Shown: positions 25,273 to 36,300 of the stretch, one piece after another
Layout: the number at the start of each line of letters is the position of its first letter
How positions within the stretch are numbered: the stretch's first letter is position 1
Source: Vicugna vicugna
Lineage: Eukaryota
Direction of reading: 5' to 3'
Length of the DNA: 63,865 nucleotides
Assembly: GCA_013265495.1 (NCBI GenBank)
Contig: MU063499.1
Location: forward strand, 186,136-250,000
The notes under the pieces: model-generated
What the model was told of the DNA's origin: nothing
The model's input: only the letters and a program-made list of their open reading frames with translations
Database searches by the model: none
Translations under genes and position numbers: made by a program

Positions 25273-25578
25273 GCCCCCCCCCCGAATCAGCACCATGTCA
25301 TCACAGGCTTGGGTCAAAGGGTGGGTAAGATGCAGTCACATCCACTCACTGCCCACAGCCACCCCCACACTGAGTCATCTGCCAGGGAGGCAGGAGCCAT
25401 AATGGGGGTTTGTCCACAGAGGGGAAGGCTAGACCTACAGAACAAATCACTGAAATAACGGACACGCTCATGCACGCTCACGTGCACACAGGCTTCTAGC
25501 ACCAAGGGGAGGGACAGCAGGGTCCAGCTGAGACACCACCTCTCCAGGGGACGCTGAACTTCAGCTCATTTTCTGGCC

Positions 25579-27331
25579 TCAGCTCCGGGCAGCACCTGGC
25601 GGGCCGGTTGGGAGTTGTCGTCAGCCGTCTGACCTTACCCAACACGTAGGCACAGAGAAGCATGAGGCAGAGAATGGATGGGGAGCTGGGAGCGTAATGG
25701 GAGTGGGGGCTGTGCCCTCAGAGAGGGGTCCTGCCTCAGCTCTTTCAGGGAGGGAGCCCCGAGGGGGTCCATGCTGGGAACCTACAGCTGAGGTTCTCTA
25801 GTCAGCTCTTTCCTCTGGGGGTCTGTCTCAGGCCCCCCAGTCTGAGGGCTTCTGACCCAGGACCTGCCCCTGGACGTGATCTGGGTGGGTTCAGTGCCCA
25901 GGCCCCTAATGGGGTTGGGGGGAGCCTCTACCTGTTCCCTGGCTCTGGGCCATCCGGGGCGGGCAGCGGCGCTCACAGGCCTCACGGGTCCCAAAACGGT
26001 TGGCATTCCCTCCGCAGCCACCATAGACAAAGGGGTGACAGGCCTCCATGCCACCTGGCATAGCTCGATGGTACCAGCGCAGGGTGTAGGCAGTACAGGA
26101 ACCCTCGTCCAGTGGAAGAGAGCAGGGGTCTGGGGCTAATGGGGGTCAAAGAGGTCAGCAGGGATGGGCTCTGCCTGCCCCTCCCCCAATCCCTATGGGC
26201 CCAGTCCCCTTTCTCACCGTCACCATCCCATGGAGCCTCAGGGTCCTGGTATTCCTCCACGGAATACTCAGAGTATTCATACTCATCGTCCTCGGGGGGC
26301 AGCCGGCCTGCACGCACCGTGGGGTGTGCTGTGAGCAGGGCCACTGTGGGGCCAGGTTCATGCTGCCCAACCTTGGCCCTTGGGGCAGAGCGGGCAGCAC
26401 GGGTCTCCCACGCGTGTGCGCAAGAGTGTTCCCTGCATTTGGACCCCACGCGTGTGGCACAGGCCCTGCCCCCGTGAGCAGCCCTGTGTATGTCTGCGCG
26501 CCCCCCACGCACTCATGGCTCCAGCCGTCCTCACCTTCCTCCTCGGCATGAGAGACACGGAGCACAGGCACAGCATGGAGCTGGGGGCCAGCGGTGTCTG
26601 CAGCATAACTTGGGAGGGGTCCTGGAGCCAGGAGCAGGGGCCCTGGGGTCAGCTTGGTGGCCACCCCAGCCAAGCCCCAGCTGAGAGGACCCAGGTGATG
26701 GGCACCGCAGGGCGGGGGTGAGGAAAGTTTCGAGAGCAGAAAAGAACAGAAAACTACTCACGTGATCCAGATGCGATAAACTGGCCCTGGCAGGCTGGAG
26801 GGGGCAGAGAGGGGCAGGGAGAGAGACAATGGCAGAGAGCAGGAGACACAGATGGAGAGAGAGAGACAGGGAGAGACCCGGTCAGGGGCCAGCAGGCACA
26901 GAGACAGAGTGAAAGCAGCACAGACAGAGATGGAGGGAGACAGAGCTTCACTCTCCGATGACTCTCAGGGCCATCAGCGCCCCCACCCCACCCCAGCTCC
27001 ATGTCAGGCCCCGAGAAACAGCTCTGCTCACACCTCCACCCCTTCTACACACTTGACCAAACTGGGCATCCAGAACACTACCTGTCCATCCATCTCTGCC
27101 TGTGTCTCCTGTCACCATGTCTGTCCTGAGGCACCTGTGTCCTTCTGTGTATCCATCCATCTCCACCCACCTCCTTGGCTGCTTGCCCCCTGGAAGTTCT
27201 GGGGATGCTGCCTCCCCTGTCTAGGGGCACTGGGATGAAGTGGGGATGGGACCCAAGAGACTCTGGGCTGGGCCCCACTTACCGCAGTGCTGACTCATCT
27301 CCTGACGCACAAGGCCCCGAATGTCATCCTC
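25579..27331 (-). CDS. COL7A1: COL7A1 exons 113-118: NC2 domain with Kunitz module
   Basis: 113:27283-27331, 114:26762-26794, 115:26535-26621, 116:26218-26307, 117:25932-26129 ([11 protein letters not shown]...[23 protein letters not shown]), 118:25579-25595; QHCAC dimerisation cysteines present. Confidence 0.96.
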
Positions 27332-30300
27332 CTAGGAGATCAAGACCACAAGGGTCACGAAGAATCCATGGATCACAGAAAGACAAAGGGTATATGATGC
27401 AGGGATCACGGAAGGACAGTGCTGAGTCAGAGGCCCGGGGGTGAGGGTATTGGGTACAGGAGGCAGGGCCCCAGCCCCGCAGCCCCACACTCACTGTCAG
27501 TGCAGCTTCTCCCTTCTCACCACGGGGGCCCAGGGGTCCTGGCCGCCCCTGTGTGCAATGGATGGGACCAGGCTGTGACCTCTGATCTCAGGGACACCAC
27601 TGGTCACCCCAACCTTTGACTTCAAACCCAGGAATCCCCACTCACCTGCTCCCCTCTCTCTCCAGGGGTGCCAGGGGCCCCAGGGGCCCCCACCACACTC
27701 TCTCCAGGGGGACCTCGCTCACCCTGTCAGACACAAGGACTGAGTGAGCAGGGTCAGAGGCAGTGGAGATCAGAAGTAGGACAAGTTGGGATCATAGGTT
27801 CAGAGGTTGGAGCAAGGATATTGGGGGGTGGGTTGCAGAGTCAGAGGTCAGGGAGGTTGGAAGCGTCATGGAGGTTCAGGGGTCAGGAATCAGAGTCAGG
27901 ACCCCTCACCTTCTGGCCCTGAAGTCCTTCAGGGCCTTTGGGACCAACACTGCCAGGTGGCCCAGGGGGACCACTGGAGCCATCATTGCCTCTGGGACCT
28001 GGGAAGCCTCCAATTCCTGGGGGTCCCTGGGGAGAAATAGGTCAGGGTCAGTGATCAGAGCTTCCAAAGATGACCTCAATTCCAAAGAGTACAATCCCCT
28101 TAGTTTACCATGACCTTGGCCTCAACTTACCCGCTCCCCTTTCTCACCCTGGTCACCCTTGGGTCCTGGCTGCCCATCAAAGCCTCGATCACCCTAGAAA
28201 CAAAGAAGCATGAGAGACCCTCTGCCCTGGCCTCCCTCAGCTGAACCCCCATAAGCCCCCCAGGCCCAATGCTCACAACCTCAAGCACCTGAGCCTGAGA
28301 CCCTCAATCTGCCATGATCCCCATGACCCCGACCCCACTGTGACATCCCTTGCTCTGCCTCTACCTACTTCCTTCACACTGACACACCAGCCTCCTCCAC
28401 TGACCCTACCCACTGTAACCCCTGAGCCCTGAGGCACCTGTCCCCACTTGCTCTACCTCTCATCCCCTAATCCTAAATCTCCACTGTGATCCCAATCCAC
28501 CCTGAAACCTCAAGACCAGCCCCACTCCACCCCTCAATGTCCCAACTTACCACAACCTTCCTTGACCTAAAACCTCCACAACCTTACCGTGCCCTTCCCT
28601 ACCCAGTCCCAACCCCCCACAATGTCCACTGTTGAGAGACGCCATACCTTGGGACCGATCAGGCCCTCCTTCCCAGGGGCCCCTGACTGGCCCGGGACAC
28701 CTGGCTCCCCCTGGAGAAGAGAAGACATTAGCCAGGCCCTGGCTCACCCATTCTCTCCTCACTCTGGGGGTGCCCCACACTCACCATGTCTCCTTTGCGT
28801 CCTGCCAGCCCCGGGCGACCCGAGGGACCTGCTTCTCCCTGTTGGCATCAGGTGGAAGGGTCCACATTAGGCCCCAGGCCCCATAGCCCCCTACATCTCA
28901 GCCCACACCCCCCATCACCCCTGTACCTTATCTCCCTTCTCTCCATCCAGACCACAGGCTCCCTTAATCCCCCGTTCACCCTGAAGGACAAAAGAAGTGA
29001 AAAAGTGACTTCCAGATAACTTACCCTATAACCCGTTGACCCTGAAACCACTCTCCAAACTGGCCTTAGATCCTCCAGCCTCTGACCTAACACCTCACAT
29101 ACAACCATGGATACTCCCAACATCTGAGCCCAGATAACTGACCTGTGACCCCATATACCTCACCCTCCAACATTAGGCCCTCCTGACCAGGGGTAAAAAA
29201 CCAGTCCCTTTCTCACCTTGAGGCCCCGGGGACCCATAAAGCCAACATCTCCTTTGTCTCCTCGGACACCAGGGGCTCCATCCTTTCCTGGGGATCCCTG
29301 GGGCAAAAAGGATCAGTGTGAGGTCAGGGGAGGTCAGTGAGGGATCAAAGGGCATTACTCTGGATGTAATGGACAGGGAACACCACGGGGGTGAGAGTTA
29401 CCACTGGGGACCAGAGCCAATGGAAGGGCAGGGTTTTCTATGGGGATAAGGGTCACCGTGAGCAGGGTCACCACGTGGGAGGAACCATCATAGGGGCCCC
29501 TGGGCAATGTGATGCTACTGATTCCCTATAAGGTCAAAGGCTACCACATGAGGATGGGGGGGGGACCAGGGGTCCCTGTAGGAGCAGGGGTGTCTTACCG
29601 GGTCACCAGGGATCCCAGCAGCACCAGGCTCTCCCTGTGGGAAACACAGATAGGGGAGGATGGCCCTTCAATGTGGCTGTCCCCTAAGCTGGCCTGTCTG
29701 CTGCATGTGTAGCCACTCAGTGACTTGCAGCCAGGACCCAGGGTGCACACAGACCCCATGTGAACACACAAGTGGCCAATGTCAAGGGAGGCTGGGAACC
29801 GTCCAATGCTCAGAGGACACCCCTGGGACAGGTGTGTGTGACATGTGGCTCTGAGTCTGCACCTGGGGCAGGACTTGCCTTGGGTCCCGTGAGTCCACGT
29901 GCTCCCAGCAACCCGACTGAGCCCTTGTCACCAGGCTCTCCCTTGGCGCCCTGTGGGAGTGACCGGTACACAATCAGCACCAGGCCAGGCTGGAGGCTTG
30001 GAGCGTGCCTGGAACCTACCAGCTGGGGCAAAGCTTACCAGTGCTGCTCTCCGACTGCCCCCAGCAGCCCCTTCCCTTCCTGCCCAGGCCTCAGCAGGCT
30101 GGAGCTGGGCACTGGAGCCCATGGAGGCATTCATTCCTCACCGCAGGACCCCCAGATTCCTGCTAGTCTCTCTTTACTCCTGGCTCCCAAACCTATCTGG
30201 AGTACCCCTGACAACCAAGGAGCCCCCTCCTGTTGGCACAGGGCCTCTCCTAGAGCCCCAGTCCACAGACTCCCCTTTTGACCTCACACTGAGGCCCCGA

Positions 30301-33300
30301 ACCCTCCATAGAGCCCCCATCCTCTCAGCCACTCCACAGAACCCCCTCCCCTCTGACCCCCAGAGAGCCCCCCTCTCCCATCCTCCCCTCCTGTCCTCAC
30401 AGACCCTCCAGAGAGCCCCACAGCCTGCAGAACCCCCCTCCTGACCCCGTATACAATACCCCACCCTCTTCCCCATACCTTCTCTCCAGGGTCCCCACTG
30501 TCTCCCCGAGGTCCTTTGTCACCATCTATGCCCCGAGGCCCTCGTTCACCCTGGGTCAGTGTGGGAAATCAGGGTCAGGGGCTGGAAGCTCCTTACCCTC
30601 TGAGGATTTGAACTCTCAGATCTCCCAGCCTTGTCTCCCCAAAAGCTCCTCCACATCCAAGGGAGACCCCATCTGCCCATGGACCAGGCCCACTCACCAT
30701 GTCCCCCTTGGCACCCCGTGGCCCTGGAGGCCCCATAATCACAGCTGAGTCACCCTGAGTGGACAGGGGCAGTCAGAGAAGTCAGGAGCACCCTGAGTTC
30801 CCTGCACCTGCCCTCCCCTATGCCCACACTCACCTTGTCACCCTTTAGCCCTGGGGGTCCAGCGTCACCCTATTAAGTTGAAGAGTGTGAGTTTCACCCA
30901 AACAGAGAAACACCAAATCATGATTATAGGATCCATCCCTGCACACACTCATCCCAGAGGCCTCTTCCCCACATCCTTACCTTCTCCCCACGCTCCCCCC
31001 GGCTGCCTGGGGGGCCCTGTAAGAGAGAAGAAGACAGTGAGCTAAGGGAATTTCGGGGAACTAGCACGGAGACAGCTCAGGGGGCAGGGGAGGACCAATG
31101 GGGACTGGGGGAACAGGAGAGACAAAGACCAGTGAGCAGACAAAAACCAGAGGGATGCTGAAGGCTGCAGAATGTCCTGAGGGCACAGAGGGCACAGGTA
31201 GGGGACTGAGCTGAGTCACACCCACAGCACTTTCCCCAAGGGGACCCACCAGGAGTCCTCGTGGTCCCTCCAGGCCAGGGCGGCCATCTTCACCCTGGAT
31301 AATGACATTAGGTTCAGTGACTCAGAAGTTGGAAATCAGAGGCAAGAGCCTTGATGAAGGGAGCCCTGAGGTGGCTCCCAGCAATGGCCCTGGTGGCAGA
31401 GCAGAACATACGCACCCGGACACCTGGCTCCCCATGCTCGCCTCGGGCCCCGGGCAGCCCTGCTCCAGGGTCTCCCTGGAGATCAACAGGACACAGGGGA
31501 TCAGTGAGGGGAAGCAGTGGGGGACAGAGGGTCATGGGAGGTTGGTGGAGGTTGGAGGTGGGGTGATGGAGGTCAGTGGAGGCTGGAGAGGGTGACAGGG
31601 GTACAGGAGAGAGCCAATAGCATTGTCCCATCTACCTTGTCTCCTTTGAGTCCAGGGGCGCCAAGTGCTCCCTGTGGGCAGAAAGAGGTGAGGGTCCTGT
31701 GTCCCTCAAAGGCACACACACACCCAGCTACACATAAACCCCCACATGGACAGACTCCAACACACAGGAATCAGAGATGGGCACTGGTGCATTTCTACTC
31801 ACCGCTGACCCTGGTGGTCCAGGTGGCCCTGAGGGGCCTGGGGCTCCCTCTCTCCCTGGGAGGCCTGCCAGACCCTACCGGAAAAATGAGATGACAGGCA
31901 AAGGGTGACTTGGGAACCTTTCTCCCCTGCTGTTCCCCCAAGACTAGGAGCCCCGAAGCCAGGCCTGGGCCCCCTTCTCCTCCTCACCTGGACCAGAGCC
32001 AGAGGTCCTGAAATCACCAAGTCCCCACATGTGCCCTAGCACCCTTACCCGCTCTCCGCTGGGGCCCGGCTGACCCATTTCTCCTCGAGGGCCTGTCTGA
32101 CCAGGGAATCCCACAATCCCAGGAGCACCAGGAGGTCCAGGGGGGCCTAAGTCTCCCTGGAACAGAGATAGCAAAGAGAGGAGTGGCCCCAGCAGGACCC
32201 TTTCCCAGGCCTAGCCCCAGAATACCCTCTTCCTCTCACCTCCAGGGTTACCCCCCAAGCTGCTCCCTCTACCACTAGTAACAGGGCATTGACTTACCTT
32301 CAGACCTGGAGGACCAACTGGTCCAGGGGGCCCCTGGACTGCAACTCCTGGGTCACCCTTCAAGGGAAAGAGGGATCAGATTAGGCTCAGGGAGTCTCAG
32401 GACCATGACTCCCGGCAGGGATGCTTTAGGGCACACGTACCTTTTGACCTTTGGGTCCTGGAGCCCCTTTCTGACCCTGAAAAAACAACATAAACCGCGC
32501 TTGAGAGAGTAGGAACATGAACCCAGAGCTTAGGTGTAGCCCAAAAACATTCCTGGAGAGCCCAGAGGTGACCACAGACTCCTGAGCGCACAGTCAGAGG
32601 GAAGCTCAGAGGTAACCACAGACATATGTGACCAAGGACATGAGTGCAGCTATACAGGAACGCAGACAAGAACAGGAACTGAGACAGGCCCAGGAATGGT
32701 CCCTCACATCCACGACCACACTCCTCAAGCCAGACTAAGACTCGCCCAGACCCCAGACTCACATCTTCACCAGGGTCTCCAGGCTCTCCCACACGGCCGG
32801 CTTCACCCTGCAGAGAAAGGGTGATGAGGCTGTCCGGTCACTCAACTGTAGCCCAGTGCTTAGGCTCTGGGGCCAGGTCCCACCTCACCTTCTCACCCCG
32901 AGGCCCTGGCAGTCCTCGGTCACCTTTGGCTCCCTGTGGAGACAGAGGTCAGAGGGCAATGTGGGTGTCAGGGTCACAGATGGTGAGACCCAAAGAGGGA
33001 GCATGAGGCCCCAGTCAAATGTGGGTTGTATTATGGAAGGTGAGGGTCTCAGGGGTGGGTGAGCTACACTGTGGAGGGTCCACACTCACCGGCTCTCCCA
33101 CCAGGTCTCCAGCAAGGCCTCCAGGAGCTCCCTGACAAGGGAGAGGGGTCAGTGGGATTCCTCAGCCCCAACTACTTGCCCCTACCCCCGGCCTCCCATA
33201 CACTCACCTTCTCTCCCTTTGCTCCAGGGGGCCCGACCACAGCCTGTGGGGAACACCTGGTGGGTCACTGGGCCTCTCACCTTCTCCGCACCCCGACCCT

Positions 33301-36300
33301 GCCATCCTGATGGAAGCCCCAAACTAGGCTGGGGGTGTGGGGCTAAGAAGCTGCTGCAGAAGGTGGGGGTCAGGATTAAAAATCACCTGTCCAGGGGTCC
33401 CCATGGGTCCAGACTCTCCTTTAGGTCCAACAGGGCCAGGCAGACCTGGGGACCCCTATGACAGAATGGTGGGTGGAACTCAGTGCCTCTCCACCACTCT
33501 GCCCTGGCCTTCTTCTTCCTCCAGGCACATGGCTGGGCACAGGGCCCCATCACAGGCCTGCTCCCCCCAGAACACACACCGGCACACCAGGGGCTCCTCT
33601 GTCTCCATCTTTTCCACTGACACCGTCACGACCTGGCGCTCCCGGCTTCCCTGTCTCCCCCTGAGAGGGGAGAGCTCTGTCAAGGGCCTGCCCGCTGACC
33701 CTGACCTCTAGAGTCCAGCTCTGACCCCCACCCCCAGGACTCACCACTTGTCCAGGCAAACCTGGTGCCCCTTGAGGACCCTGAAGGAAACAAGTCAGAT
33801 GTGAGAGGGACATGGAGAGCATGGGACCCAGAGGGAAGAGATATGTCCCTGCAGGGGCCTCACTCACCACAAGGCCTGAAGGACCAGGGGGGCCAGGAAG
33901 TCCCACAGGTCCAGTTGGTCCAGGCAGGCCCTGGGGGAAGCAAAAGTTCAGGGCACTGCCAACTCCCCCCCCATTCCCCCATGACTACCCCAAGGACTGG
34001 GCCACTTACGCGTCCTGGTGGGCCTGTCTCTCCGGGCTCCCCCTGCCGAAAACCCAGAGACTGAATGACCCCACAGACGGACGAGAGGCTCCTCAGGCCC
34101 CGTCCAAAGCGGAGCTCACATTGGAAGGGGTACTTTGGTGCATATGCACACTGCAGGGCAATGACATCCCCAGAGGTAGGCAGGTGTTATCCTGGCGCAG
34201 ACAGGCTGCTCTAAGCTGCCTCCTCCTTCCAGACACACACCCACACATGTCTATACTCACCTTTAGGCCAGAAGGTCCCTGGGGTCCTGACGGGCCAGCA
34301 AGACCCTAGAAAAAAGTGTCAAGGGCAAGGAACAAGGGTCAGAGTTATCCATGTGGACTCTGGAACTAACTTAAACAAGGCCTGGTTCAACAGTGGGGAC
34401 CAATATCTGTCCTACCCCACCTAGCGGTGCTTCCCCATCACTCACCGGGGCACCAGGCGGTCCAGGGTCTCCGTGGCCACCCTATGGGAGGCAGGAAGAG
34501 CCAGATGAGGGGGAGCCAGTCCCACCCCACCGAGGAAATGTAGGCAGTACTGCCCATTGTAGGGGTTGGGCACTGGGGTAAAGATTCTGGGATACTCACC
34601 ACTGGGCCAGGGGTTCCCCTCAGACCTTGAGGACCCTGGATAGAGAAAGGGGCTGCTGAGACTCAGTGGGTTCACTTGGGCCTGTTGCTGTCCTCTGGAA
34701 GCCTTTGCTTGGGGCACCCACTTCTGCCACCCCACCTCTCTGGGCTTCCACTTCTGCACTTCCACCTCTCCCAGGCACAAGTCACTCTGTACCGGTGGAC
34801 CGCTCCGATGAATAACACACACAGGCCTGTGCACACACATCTATCATGCATCTGCACTCACACCCGGCACCCAGGCACCACACCCCCATCACTGGTCACT
34901 TGTGATGTGTGCACACAGCAGCCAGCACACAGCAGAGGGTGGCTGTTTCCCAGAGCTTGGGCCAGGCTGTTCCTGCCACCACTCACCGGCTTCCCTTCAG
35001 GCCCAGCCACACCACGCTCTCCTGGTAGACCCTAGAGAGAACACATTTAAGGCCACACTGTCCTCATTTCCCCATCCTGGCTTCCCTGGGACAGTCCCAG
35101 GCAGGGCAGACTCCAGTCCAGGCAACGCAAGTAAGAGCCATGTGCCTGCACATGTGTGGTCCCTGAGGAGAGGACTCACCGGGCTGCCATCCTGACCCCT
35201 CTGTCCAGGCTCTCCCCGGTCTCCCTTGATGCCTGGCACACCCTGCAAGCAGAGTATCGTGCCCTGAGCCTCCATCATTGCCACGTACCCACGTACATGC
35301 CAACCTGCCATGCCCCCGCAGAGGAGGGGAAACGTGGTGGGATGGGAGGTCTCACCCTGTCTCCTTTGGGGCCTCGGTCACCTTCACTGCCTGGCTCCCC
35401 CTGTGGAGATGACACATCAAGCTGGGCCTTGGTACCCCAGTAGGGGGTGACCCCGAGATTGATCCCACACACTGACCTTAGCGCCCTTGAGCCCAGGGGG
35501 TCCTTGTTCTCTAGGGAGTCCAGAACCTGCCTCGTCCATGGTCACCTATAAGCAGAAAGTCACAGGGAAGAGATGTGTCTGCCACAGAGACCTGGAGGGG
35601 TCATCCCAGTTCACAATGTCCCAGAGGGTTATGGAGTCAGAGTCACCACATGGAGTTTCTGCAGTCCAAGCCAATGGTGGTGTCTTGGGGACAGCAGCCA
35701 AAGGCCTAGGGCAGGGCTGAGGTGATCACCTTGGGGCCAGGGGGCCCGGGGGGTCCAGGGAGGCCAGGAGGGCCGTCTCTGCCCTGCACAAAAGGAGGAA
35801 ATGGGTGGCTGTCCCTGCACAGCCCACAGGCAATCCCTCCCTATGAAGGCCCCGAGCTCACCTGTTCTCCACGTTCTCCTTTCTCTCCCCGTTCTCCCTG
35901 AAGTGCAAATAACAGGGTGGGGGCTATGCCCATGGGGAGTCCCGCTCCTTCCTGACCCATATCCCCGGCCACCCCAGGCAGCCCCCAGGCTCACCCTCTC
36001 TCCTGGTCTTCCTGCCTCTCCCACACTCCCAGCCCGGCCTGGGAGCCCAGGAATACCAGGCTTCCCAGGCTCCCCGGCAAGGCCAGGAGGTCCAGGGGGA
36101 CCCCTCTCCCCAAGGGACAGGCCAGGTGGCCCCTGAGGGCCAGGGTCTCCACGATCTCCCTTTGGCCCGCGGTCTCCAGAAAAGCCAATGGGGCCCTGGA
36201 GGAGAAGAGTTAATGCTGGTGGTTCGTCAACCACATCCTTCGCAGGACACCCCCAGGAAGCAGCCAACACACACCTCCTTGCCTGGGGGGCCCCGTTCCC

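Noticed and set aside
25801-25871. Alternative terminal exon for COL7A1 (acceptor at 25870, [10 protein letters not shown]…)
   Set aside because: Would need a 62-nt intron with a poor pyrimidine tract; the true last exon at 25579-25595 matches the known 3'UTR
33281-33306. 26-nt pseudo-exon with a strong AAG|GTGAGA donor in intron 87
   Set aside because: Leaves only a 37-nt downstream intron and shifts the frame; at most a decoy site
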